This document shows positions 10,458 through 19,363 of a stretch of DNA of 64,000 nt, in pieces (positions within the stretch are counted from its first letter, which is position 1; each line of letters starts with the position of its first letter). Location of the stretch: positions 41,257 to 105,256 of the forward strand of contig WHTR01000001.1 in assembly GCA_009377635.1 (NCBI GenBank). Direction: 5' to 3'. Below the pieces are notes generated by a model. That model had not been told where the DNA came from, did no database searches, and was given only the letters and a program-made list of their open reading frames with translations. Source of the DNA: Chloroflexota bacterium. Lineage in GTDB: Bacteria; Chloroflexota; UBA6077; SHYK01. The translations under genes were made by a program, and so were the position numbers.

Positions 10458-11776
10458 GACGCTCCCGCCACGCGGCCTGGCGGCAGGAGTCCGAGCAGAA
10501 CCTCCGTCGTCTGCGCGACAACGGTCAGGCCTACGGCGCCGACCGGCGGCATGGCCCGCCACGAGTAGGCCCGGCGCTGCTCCAGGGTCTGGCGGTGTGC
10601 GGTCGGTGCGGGGGACGCATGACGATCCGCTACTACGTCAGCCACAGCCAGGTCCTGCCGGAGTACTGCTGTCAGCGTGAGGGGATCGAGAACGCGCACG
10701 CTCCCTGCCTGCGCGTGCTCGGCGCCGCTCTCGATCGTGCCATCGGCAACCTGTTGGTGGAGACGGTGAGTCCGCTGGCACTGGAGGTTGCGCTGGCGGT
10801 CCAGGATGAGCTCGAGGCCCGCGCGCAGGAGGTGGACCGCATACGTCGCCAGCAAGTGGAGCGCGCGCGTTACGAGGCGGAGTTGGCCCAGCGGCGGTAC
10901 CTCCGCGTTGATCCGGACAACCGTCTGGTCGCCGATTCCCTGGAGGCCGAGTGGAACACCAAATTGCGCGCACTCGCCGCGGCCCAGGAAGAGTACGAAC
11001 GTCAGCGCGCCGGCGAAGGCGGCGTGCTCAGCCCGGACCAGCGTCGGCAGGTCATGACTCTGGTGACGGACTTTCCGCGCCTCTGGCACGATCCGGCCAC
11101 CCCGCAACGGGAGCGGAAGCGCATGGTCCGCCTGCTCCTGGAAGATGTGACGCTGCTGAAGGCCGATGCGGTGGTCGCTCAGATCCGCTTCCGTGGCGGC
11201 GCCACGCATACGATCCGGCTCCCCTTGCCCGTTCCAGCCCCAGAGCTGCGAAAGACCGCTCCAGCGATGGTGGCCGAAATCGATCGCCTGATCGACGACC
11301 ACATCGATGCCGAGATCGCCGAGATCCTGAACGCCCGAGGTCTGCGTCCCGGTGTGGCGGACCGGTTCACCAACAGCAGCATCTGGCACATCCGCCAGAG
11401 GTACCGTCTCGAGAACCGCTTCAGCCGTCTGCGTCGACAGGGGATGCTCACGCTCCAGGAGATAAGCGTTGCGCTTGGTCAGCATCCCTCCACGGTGAAG
11501 GAGCGGGCAACCAGAGGTCAGCTGGTCTCGTACGTCTACAACGACAAGGGCCAGCGTCTGTACGCACTATCCGGTGAGCCCGCCCTCATTGCGTGCCTTC
11601 GCTGCAGCAAGCCGATGCCCGAGCGCGGAGAGCGCGGTCAGCTTCAGACGTACTGCGGTGTGACGTGCCGCACCGCGGCCTACGCGCATCGCAGAGCAGC
11701 GGCCGGCTGGATCCGCGTCCGGCGGCGTTCACCACTACGCTATCGCACTCCATCTAATCCAAGAGGAGCAGTTTGA
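10458..11776 (+). pseudogene. large serine recombinase, C-terminal ~440 aa only (zinc-ribbon CGRCGGRM plus coiled-coil); catalytic N-terminal domain absent
   Basis: Frame is open from the TGA at ~10455 with no start codon. LQGLAVCGRCGGRMTIRYY zinc-ribbon motif. No resolvase-domain sequence in any frame upstream. Confidence 0.6.
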
Positions 11777-11779
11777 TGC

Positions 11780-11917
11780 GCAAGCCTTGTGTTCGGGCGT
11801 CCGTGGGCGCGTGGGGCTCACCAGGAACCCGTAGTGCTGGGCCAGCCGACGGTACGGCTCGCCCAGCACGGGGTCATAGAGGGAGGCCTCGAGGACCGCG
11901 GCCTTGAGGCTGTCGAA
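11780..11917 (-). pseudogene. istA: IS21 istA fragment (distal part, continues from 15442 across the RIT insertion; truncated at ~11780)
   Basis: Minus-strand translation FDSLKAAVLEASLYDPVLGEPYRRLAQHYGFLVSPTRPRTPEHKA matches the IstA DNLK...HYG...PARPRKPRDK region. Confidence 0.55.
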
Positions 11918-12015
11918 GTTCTGTGCCCGACTGCGTTATGTGCCCGCTAGCCCTCCGCCGGGTGTGCCGGCGAAGGGCCAGGGGCCGATGTTCATCGTCG
12001 GAGGGCACATAACGC

Positions 12016-13024
12016 TCAGAGTGAAGCGAGCCAGTTGAGGAGGGTTTCGTCTGACCGCCAGACGGGCTTGGTGGGGGGTCCCACCAAAGTAGCCGGAGGC
12101 TCAACCGCTCGGAGCGCTGCTTCCTTGGCCTTCGTGTTGATCTCGGCGTAGCGGTTGGTCGTGGTGAGATCGGCGTGGCCCAGCCAGCCTCGGATCACGT
12201 TGATCTCCACGCCGGCCTCGAGAAGGTGGACGGCGGCGGTGTGCCGGAAGATGTGCGGGCTGATCCTGCGATTGGTCCGGTGGTCATCCAGGCTCGCAGC
12301 GTGCCGGCGCTCGATCTTGTAGATGCCGAATCGGGTGAGGGGATGCCCGTGTGCCGAGAATACGGCAGCGTCCGACGTACAGGGCGGGTCGAGGGACTGA
12401 AGCAGTGAACTGAGCAGTGTTGCCGTCTGGTGCCACAGCGGGCTTCTCCGCCACTTGTCACCCTTGCCGTGGAGACGAACGGTGGGATGCTCTCCGAGAT
12501 CCAGGTGCTCGACGCGCAGGTCGGCCACCTCTTGCACCCGTGCTCCCGTGACGAACGAGGAACAGCAGCAGAGCACGGTCCCGTAGAGCGAGCCGGCCAT
12601 CGCGCGGCAAGCGATGCAGGAGTCCCTCGACCTCGTCTCGTTCGAGGAACCGCGTCTCGGCCGGGGCCAGCCTTTTCATCGGAATGGCAGCCACCTGCTC
12701 ACAGACGACGAGCATCTCTGGTGATCGTCCGGCGATGTATTCGAAGAGGTTGTGCAGGGCAGCGAGCCGCCCGTTGCGCGTGCGGACATGGTTGCCTCGG
12801 TCTTGTTCGAGGTGGCGCAGGAACTTGATGACTCGGTCGAAGGTGAGATCCCCGAGGGAAAGCCGGGTGATCCTGCACCTCTTGTCGGCCGCGACGAACA
12901 GGAGGAGGAGCCGGACCGTGTCCCGGTAGCTGCGCACCGAGGCCGGACGGAGGCCCTTCGCCGCGATCAGGTGGTCGACGAAGAACGAGTGCAAGAGGGG
13001 CCCGAGCGGCTGAGCTTCGCTCAT
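12016..13024 (-). pseudogene. ritC: ritC tyrosine recombinase, +1 frameshift near 12560
   Basis: N-terminal SAM-like part is in the 12458..13198 frame (start 13024 overlaps the ritB stop as ATGA). The catalytic part with HIFRHTAAVHLLEAGV...RYAEI is in the 12016..12600 frame. 7 nt lie where 6 are expected between LLLFL and TGARVQEV. Confidence 0.65.
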
Positions 13025-13998
13025 CGCGCCGCCTCCACCCACACCTGTGCGGCGAAGGCTTCGAACCGTCGGCTCGCCTCGTCCAACAACGCCCGGCTGA
13101 TGGTCAGGTACACCGCCGTCGAGGCGGGGCTGACGTGGCCCATGAAGGTGGAGAGCTGATGGAGCCGGGTCGATGGGTCCAGACCCTCGCGGTACCACCG
13201 AAGCAGGCAGCCGACCGCGAACGAGTGACGGAGATCGTGCAGCCGCGTCGGTGAAATCCCTTCGGGGACGCCGAGCCCGAGCGCGACGACCAGTTGATGG
13301 AACGTCTGGCTGGCAGTGCCGGGATGGATACAGCTGCGCTCATCGAAGCTGAACAGTGGTGTCTGGGCATCGGGCGCCGCGCCACGGTTCCGGCACCGCT
13401 CGATCTGCTCGCCGAGCAGCTCGCCGACGCGCGGCCCGTGTGGGACGAGGCGGCTCTTTCCGAACTTGCCGCCACGCACAACGAGGAGGTGCCGATCGAC
13501 ATCGATGTCACCCAGGCGCAGCCCGCAGGCCTCACCGGCGCGCAACCCGAGCCCGTGGCACAGGGCGAAGACGGCGCGATAGGTCGGGCCCCGCCCACGT
13601 GCCCGAGGATTGTCCGGCAGAGCAGCGGCAGCCTGGAGCAGCCGGCGAACCTGGGCTGGGTCGAAGAGGAACGGGATCCGTCCGGCCGTGGTTCGACGCC
13701 GGCGGGCGTGCAGCGGTGAGGTCTCCAACCGTTGCTGGGTGAGCGCCCAGTCGAGCAGGCAACCGATGACACCCAGGAGATGCAGGAGATGATTGAAGCT
13801 GCGCGGACGGGACCTGGGCCGAGAGGCCAGGAAGTCCTCGATCAGGGCCGGTGTCAGCTGGGCGAGCCCGCTCACGCCGTGGGCTTCGGCGAAGCGCACC
13901 AGCAGCCGCAACTCTCGTTCCTCACTCTGGTACTTGCGGCCGATGGCCCTCTTGTGTTCGAGGAAGTCCTGGACGGCGAATCCAAGGCTCTGGGTCAT
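13021..13998 (-). CDS. ritB: ritB tyrosine recombinase (325 aa)
   Basis: Phage-integrase family motifs (LRHSFA...GH....T..Y). 4-nt overlaps with both neighbours. Confidence 0.8.
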   Translation of the reverse strand: MTQSLGFAVQDFLEHKRAIGRKYQSEERELRLLVRFAEAHGVSGLAQLTPALIEDFLASRPRSRPRSFNHLLHLLGVIGCLLDWALTQQRLETSPLHARRRRTTAGRIPFLFDPAQVRRLLQAAAALPDNPRARGRGPTYRAVFALCHGLGLRAGEACGLRLGDIDVDRHLLVVRGGKFGKSRLVPHGPRVGELLGEQIERCRNRGAAPDAQTPLFSFDERSCIHPGTASQTFHQLVVALGLGVPEGISPTRLHDLRHSFAVGCLLRWYREGLDPSTRLHQLSTFMGHVSPASTAVYLTISRALLDEASRRFEAFAAQVWVEAAR

Positions 13999-15263
13999 CC
14001 CAGCACCTCCTCGCCGTCGCCCAGGGCGACTTCGCGGAGGGACTCGACGGCGACTTTGGCATAGATTTCTGTCGAGGCCGCCGAACGGTGTCCGACGAAG
14101 TCCCCAATGGTCTTGAGGGAGAAGTCCGCGTCCACCAGGCGCTGAACGGCGCTATGACGCAGCGTGTGGGAGCCCGGACGGGGCACGTCGATGCCAGCCT
14201 TCAACAGGTAGCGCCTGGCACAACCGGAGATCGCAGCAGTCCCGATCGGTCGCAGCGGAGCCATCGCCCGGAAGAACACGTGCCGCTCGGTGGTCTGTGG
14301 TCGGCCGTGCTGCAGATAGTCGACGAGTGCCACTCCGACTGACGTGGACAGCGGGAAGGCCGTCGAGTGTCCGGCCTTGCGCTCCGGTATCGCCAGCCGC
14401 TCGTGCCTCCAGTCAATATCTTCGAGGGTCAAAACCGCCGCCTCGCGGGCACGAAGGCCGTACGTCACGAGCAAGAGCAAGATCGCGTAGTCCCGCTTCC
14501 CCCATGGGGTGCGGCGATCAACGGTGCCCAGTACGTGGCCCACCGCGGCCCATGAGATGGACCGAGGGATGGTGGAGAGCCGATAGACCTGCGGCCACTC
14601 CACCGCCTTGGCCAGGTCGCTGGTGAAGGGACCCGCGCGACGTGCGTAACGGAGAAACACCCGCAGCACGCCACAGGCCTCCCGCACGGTCGTCTTGGCC
14701 AGCCCGGACCCGGACCGTTCGGCTACGAAGGCGCTGAGGACCGTCGGGGAGAGGTCGTCTATCTCTCCGACACCCAATCGGATGAGATAGGCCTCAAAAC
14801 GGCGCAGGTGATGCCGGTAGGACCTGACCGAGGCCGGCCGGAGGCCACGCTCCGAGACCAGGTACTGGAAGAAGCCGGGCAGCACTTGGGCGAACGGCTC
14901 GTCATGGTGCCGGCGGCCAGTGGCCTCGTAGTCGGGCACCACTACGCCCAGCATATGCTCGATGGAGCCTCGGATCTCTTTGGCCACCTCTTGCCGGGCC
15001 ACTCCGCGATGGCGAGCACCACGATGCTCCACCCAATTGGCCACGAAGGCGTCGATCTGGGTGGGCAGGTCGCCCACGGCCTGGACACCTCGAAGGCGAG
15101 CGAACTCCCCGAAGGCAACCAGCAAGGGGACCCGGCGCAGTACGGTCCGAACGCTGTAACTTTGCTCGGCCAGCCAGACGACGTAGCGCTCGATCTCTGG
15201 CCCGATCCACGAGGCTTGGACCCGATCAACGGTCTGAGGCTTGACGAAGTACGTCTCCAACAT
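13995..15263 (-). CDS. ritA: ritA tyrosine recombinase (~422 aa)
   Basis: Start MLETYF at 15263 is preceded by GGAGAGGAGG. C-terminal HTLRHSAVQRL...GH.S...T.IY catalytic region. Confidence 0.8.
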   Translation of the reverse strand: MLETYFVKPQTVDRVQASWIGPEIERYVVWLAEQSYSVRTVLRRVPLLVAFGEFARLRGVQAVGDLPTQIDAFVANWVEHRGARHRGVARQEVAKEIRGSIEHMLGVVVPDYEATGRRHHDEPFAQVLPGFFQYLVSERGLRPASVRSYRHHLRRFEAYLIRLGVGEIDDLSPTVLSAFVAERSGSGLAKTTVREACGVLRVFLRYARRAGPFTSDLAKAVEWPQVYRLSTIPRSISWAAVGHVLGTVDRRTPWGKRDYAILLLLVTYGLRAREAAVLTLEDIDWRHERLAIPERKAGHSTAFPLSTSVGVALVDYLQHGRPQTTERHVFFRAMAPLRPIGTAAISGCARRYLLKAGIDVPRPGSHTLRHSAVQRLVDADFSLKTIGDFVGHRSAASTEIYAKVAVESLREVALGDGEEVLG

Positions 15264-15441
15264 GCGGTAACCTCCTCTCCACAAACAGTGTTGAGGAAGC
15301 ATCTTCTCTTGGGCTGTGGCGTTATGTGCCCGGTGGAGCCTACGTCCAGCCACTAATCCTCGTGATCACGGCCACCGTCTGCTCCTGGACACATAACGCA
15401 GTCGGGCACAGAACCCCGAATATGTTCCGCGGAACATATTC

Positions 15442-16056
15442 GAAGACGACGACGCGGGGCGAGCCCTGGTAGAACTCCAGAGTGTTCGCGTGGGCGTCCA
15501 GCCAGGAACTGAGGTCCTAACCGGCGGTGGCTTCTCCGTATAGGTAGCCACTGGCGCCCAGCACCGAGACGAACACCTGCGCCTGCCCGATCTCCCCCGT
15601 GTCCGGGTCGGTGATCGGCATCGTATCGCCGCAGAAGTCCACAAACATGCGCTCGCCCGCGGCGTACTCGAAGCGCATGACCACGTCCTGGCGGCCCAGC
15701 CAGCGGTGGTAGTGGGCACAGAACTGGGTATAGCCCCAGCCGTCGGGGTGGACGGCCTTGTATTCGAGATGCAGCAGCTGGAGCGTGACGTGCTTGCCGC
15801 GTTTCCGCTCGTGACGGGCCGCGAGCCAATCAGGCTCGGGCCGACCCGGCCGCGTGTCCCTGTCACTGCGCTTGAACAGCCGCGCCTCGAGGCCGGCCCC
15901 GTCTAGGTCGTCCGGCAGCGGCCAGCGGACACCGGCCCGCAGCGCCCGGTCGAGGTAGCCCTGGACCGTAGACGCACTGATGGCAACGCTCTGGGCGATC
16001 TGGCGGTAGGTGAGGCCCTGCGCGGCCGGGCGCAGCACCTCCGTGATCTGACGCAT
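15442..16056 (-). pseudogene. istA: IS21 istA N-terminal part (HTH plus start of DDE); in-frame TAG at 15517..15519, then interrupted by the RIT element
   Basis: MRQITEVLR...TYRQIAQSVAISASTVQGYL HTH, then LEYKAVHPDGWGYTQFCAHY...MFVDFCGDT. After the TAG the frame still reads DLSSWLDAHANTLEFYQGSPRVVVF. Confidence 0.7.
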
Positions 16057-16195
16057 GGATAATCCCTTCTGCGGCACGGAGCCCTCCCTCGCTGAAAGTG
16101 GCAACTTCCAACGAGGAGGCTACGTGCCGCCTGGACCTCCATGGCGTCACCGACTGGACCGACGGTCCCGGGTGCTGTCGCCGCAGCTACCCACG

Positions 16196-16334
16196 CTGTT
16201 CGGCTTCATCCGAAACGGGTGTTCGGCATGCCCAAAATGACTGTTCGGCTTGGGCCGAAATCGGTGTTCGGCTTCGTCCGAAATAGCCGTTCGGCTTCCT
16301 CCGAAATCACTGTTCGTTTTCGCCCGTGATGCAC
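16196..16334. repeat. six tandem ~23-bp direct repeats (core TGTTCGGCTTCnTCCGAAAT), putative IS21-family terminal transposase-binding array
   Basis: Units start at 16196, 16219, 16242, 16264, 16288 and 16311. Each unit contains a TTCGG/CCGAA mini-palindrome. The array lies ~90 bp upstream of the istA start. Confidence 0.6.
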
Positions 16335-16710
16335 AATGTGCGCCAGATCTGCCGGGTCGAACGCCGGCGGCTCGTGGTGCAGGGCGGGCAAGTACGGAAG
16401 AGGGAGGTGGAGGTCAGCTACGCCATTACCAGCGCGCCGCCGGAGCGGGCGGACGCCACCCAGTTGCTGCATGGGTTGCGCGGCCATTGGGGGATCGAGA
16501 ACAAAGTGCACTGGGTGCGGGATGTCACCATGGATGAAGATCGCTGCTAGGTGCGCTCGGGGGCCGCGCCCCAAGCCTTCGCCGCCTGTCGGAACCTGGC
16601 GCTGACGCTCCTGCGCCGCGCCGGCCATGACAACATCGCTGCCGTACAACGAACTTATGCGGGCCGGCCTCGCGCGGCCGTCCGCCTCCTGCTCTCAGGC
16701 GGGATCACCT
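16326..16710 (+). pseudogene. ISAs1-family (DDE_Tnp_1) transposase, C-terminal remnant with in-frame TAG at 16547..16549
   Basis: …YAITSAPPERADATQLLHGLRGHWGIENKVHWVRDVTMDEDRC then stop, then VRSGAAPQAFAACRNLALTLLRRAGHDNIAA…LSGGIT. N-terminus removed at the IS21 end. Confidence 0.6.
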
Positions 16711-16811
16711 GATGAAAAGGCCCTGCCCCATGCCGCCGAGGAGACTGTGGGTCTTCGCGCCGGATCGTGGTGGCGTGCGCATCCCGGAGTCGGTGCGTCG
16801 GCGAGGGGTAG

Positions 16812-17135
16812 TCAGGTTGCATCCTCATCGTGTTCGATGGTGGCCTCGATCGGCAAGCCATGATCTTCAAGAACATGGACGATTTCGTCACGACTCATAT
16901 GTGCTGCCACCGAGTAGATCCCGGCCAGCCCATAGACGGTGTGTCGTGATCTGCTGTTATTGCCCTTATCCTTTCCTTCATTCATCTTCAGAGCCCAACA
17001 AGCCAGGTCGTGAATGTCATCCTCGAAAAGGACACTGATCCCTTTCAGGGTCGAGACACCAATTCTCTCTCTCGCGGGTAAGCCGATCGCATCCCCTTTG
17101 TCTTTCCCCGACATGCCCACACGTGATCTTCTCAT
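16812..17135 (-). CDS. hypothetical small protein (weak DUF433-like C-terminus)
   Basis: 107-aa ORF with no strong RBS. The C-terminal GLAGIYSVAAHMSRDEIVHVLEDHGLPIEA segment is loosely DUF433-like. Confidence 0.3.
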   Translation of the reverse strand: MRRSRVGMSGKDKGDAIGLPARERIGVSTLKGISVLFEDDIHDLACWALKMNEGKDKGNNSRSRHTVYGLAGIYSVAAHMSRDEIVHVLEDHGLPIEATIEHDEDAT

Positions 17136-17246
17136 CTTCTTCGCTCAATCCGTCTTGTCGATGGTCGTCTTGCACTGTCCAACGGACGGGCGCCGGGCGG
17201 CGCGGGTCACTTCTTCGGCGCCTGGTAGCCGGCCCGCCGCCGTGCC

Positions 17247-17546
17247 TCAAGGAAGACGCTGACGCCATTTGTCGGGGTCTCGGGATGCGTGGAAAACACC
17301 GTAGACGATCACCGTGCCTTCGACATACTCGTAGAAGACCAAATAGGGAAAGCGACGGACCAGCCCCCGACGATAGTTCTCGTGGATGGGAGTATGCAAT
17401 TTGGGTGTGCGGCGGATCGCTTCAATGCAGGCATCGATGCAGCTCAGGAACTCCTCGCCCAGGCCGATCCGGCGATCCTCGTACCAGGCGTACGCCTCCA
17501 CGAGGTCTTGCTCGACCTCCGGCGCAACGATGAGATCAGCGGCCAT
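17247..17546 (-). CDS. type II toxin, ParE/RelE family
   Basis: 99 aa; RRFPYLVFYEYVEGTVIVYGVFHASRD C-terminal signature. Overlaps the upstream antitoxin by 11 nt. Confidence 0.75.
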   Translation of the reverse strand: MAADLIVAPEVEQDLVEAYAWYEDRRIGLGEEFLSCIDACIEAIRRTPKLHTPIHENYRRGLVRRFPYLVFYEYVEGTVIVYGVFHASRDPDKWRQRLP

Positions 17547-17760
17547 AACGACTGCGGACCCTGCGTTTGACCTCCTCCCACACGAGTCCAGCGGCGGGGT
17601 TGTCTATCAGGATGACCTTCCGCCGGGCCAGCGCTTCTTTTTGCCAGTCATGAACCGGTACCACGTCGGGAGTGGCCGCAAGGTCATCCCACAGGTCTTC
17701 GACAAGCTGGAGCTTTTCCGACGGGCTCAGATCAAAGATTGACGTGGCGACCGGGTTCAC
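17536..17760 (-). CDS. antitoxin, putative addiction-module component (TIGR02574-like)
   Basis: GTG start at 17760 is preceded by GAAGGAGG. LSPSEKLQLVEDLWDDL motif; 74 aa. Confidence 0.65.
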   Translation of the reverse strand: MNPVATSIFDLSPSEKLQLVEDLWDDLAATPDVVPVHDWQKEALARRKVILIDNPAAGLVWEEVKRRVRSRYGR

Positions 17761-18205
17761 CTGCGATCCTCCTTCAATACTGTTCAGGGACGACGAATGC
17801 CTCTGCCCTTCGACGCCCACGAATCATCCGCTGCCTGGCCCGCAAGACAAGTACCAGTATATGGCATCGCGCCCAAGGCGATACCGCGCTCCCCGCAACC
17901 GACTCTCAACCTTGGCACCAAGAGCTTGGTGCGAACTTCCCGGCCTGCCGGCCTGGTTCTCATGCTGCTATAACCAGTCAGGCGCTGCCCGCCTGCCACC
18001 TCCGAAGGGCCTGCGCCCAAGTGGCTGGAGCGGTAGGCTACGGCTGCCTGGTGAAACGGAAGTGGGCCCCGGTGGAGACCGATCCACCGCGGATGAGCCG
18101 CGCGCGGTGGACCTGCTTATCGGGTACGGCACAGCGGCGGGAGGATGGCAGGTTGAATCGTACTGGGATTGGTGGAGACTTCATCGCTTGGAGGAAGATG
18201 GAGTC

Positions 18206-18544
18206 ATGAGAGAACACAGCAGCCACCCGTCCCAGCGGCGCTACCCGCCCGAACTCAAAGACCGGGCTGTCCGGCTCGTATTCGAGACCGCGGCCGAGCG
18301 CGGTGACCACCACGGCGCGGTGACGATCGTCGCCCATCAGCTGGGGATCGGCCCGGAGTCGCTCCGCACCTGGGTTCGGCAGAGCGAGATCGACGCCGGT
18401 CGCCGGGCCGGCCTCACGACCGAGGAGCGCGAGCGAATGAAGGTCCTGGAGCGGGAGAACCGGGAGCTCCGCCGGGCCAACGAGATCCTCAAGAGCGCGG
18501 CGGCTTTCTTCGGGGCGGAGCTCGACCGCCGCTCGCCGCGATGA
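18206..18544 (+). CDS. IS3-family transposase OrfA (HTH)
   Basis: ATG at 18206 is preceded by GGAGGA. …LERENRELRRANEILKSAAAFF leucine-zipper region typical of IS3 OrfA. Confidence 0.8.
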   Translation: MREHSSHPSQRRYPPELKDRAVRLVFETAAERGDHHGAVTIVAHQLGIGPESLRTWVRQSEIDAGRRAGLTTEERERMKVLERENRELRRANEILKSAAAFFGAELDRRSPR

Positions 18545-19229
18545 TCTGCTACATCGACGAGCATCGTGGGTCGTACCGGGTCGAGCCGATCTGCCGGATG
18601 CTGGCGATCGCCCCGTCGACGTACTACGCGGGGAATGTCCGTCCACCGTCGGTGCGATCTGTCCGGGACGAGGAGCTCAGCCGCGCCATCGTCGACGTGC
18701 ACCGCGAGCACTTCGGGGTGTACGGCGTGCGCAAGGTCTGGCGGGCGCTCCGCCGTCGAGGGGCGGAGGTCGGCCGCGACCGGGTCCGCCGGATCATGCG
18801 CAAGCTCGGCCTCGCCGGGGTCGTCCGCGGCAAGCAGAAGCGGACGACGATCCCGGCACCGGAGAGCGAGCGGCCGACTGACCTCGTCAACCGGACGTTC
18901 GCCGCGACCGCCCCGAACCGGCTGTGGGTCGCCGATGTCATGTACGTCACGACCTGGTCGGGGTTCGCCTTACCCGCGTTCGTCATCGACGCGTTCAGTC
19001 GGCGGATCGTCGGCTGGCGGGTGAGTGCCAGCCTGCGCGCCGAGCTGGCCCTCGACGCGCTCGAGATGGCGATCTGGCAGCGCCAGAGCGACGACCTCAC
19101 GGGCCTCGTCCACCACTCTGAGACAGTACCTTGCTATCCGCTACACCGAACGGCTCGCTGCTGCCCGCGCGATTGCCTCGGTCGGCTCCCGAGGGGATTC
19201 GTACGACAACGCCCTGGCCGAGACTGTCG
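18541..19229 (+). pseudogene. IS3-family transposase OrfB, internally deleted (~8 nt, frameshift at ~19115) and 3'-truncated
   Basis: DDE core up to LVHHSE, then the frame switches to RQYLAIRYTERL...GDSYDNALAETV. The expected HSDRGSQY is reduced to HHSE/RQY. Confidence 0.75.
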
Positions 19230-19363
19230 GCGCTCAGCTAAATTCCCCACCCGCGTGCGGCATGGTTCAGAAAGCTATTGACAGTTGAGAGGGAGGCGGC
19301 AGGACACGGCTCGCACCGGGGGTATGCTGAACGTGGTTCCCACCCAGCATACCGGAGCTCGCC

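Larger units (their letters stand above)
11918..15441 (-). mobile_element. RIT (recombinase-in-trio) element: ritA-ritB-ritC with terminal inverted repeats
   Basis: 25-bp perfect IR GTTCTGTGCCCGACTGCGTTATGTG at 11918..11942, reverse complement at 15390..15414. Inner copies GGGCACATAACGC (12003..12015) and GCGTTATGTGCCC (15319..15331). Three tyrosine recombinase genes with ATGA overlaps. Confidence 0.7.
18155..19229 (+). mobile_element. IS3-family element, 3'-truncated (left end approximate)
   Basis: orfA and orfB are present. Candidate left end is TGAATCGTACTGGG at ~18155. orfB homology stops at ~19229, where unrelated sequence begins. Confidence 0.55.

Noticed and set aside
9806-11485. 559-aa minus-strand ORF
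   Set aside because: It is antisense to the serine recombinase remnant. The sequence is Gly/Arg/Pro/Ala-rich and low-complexity with no recognisable family. This is a typical high-GC antisense artefact.
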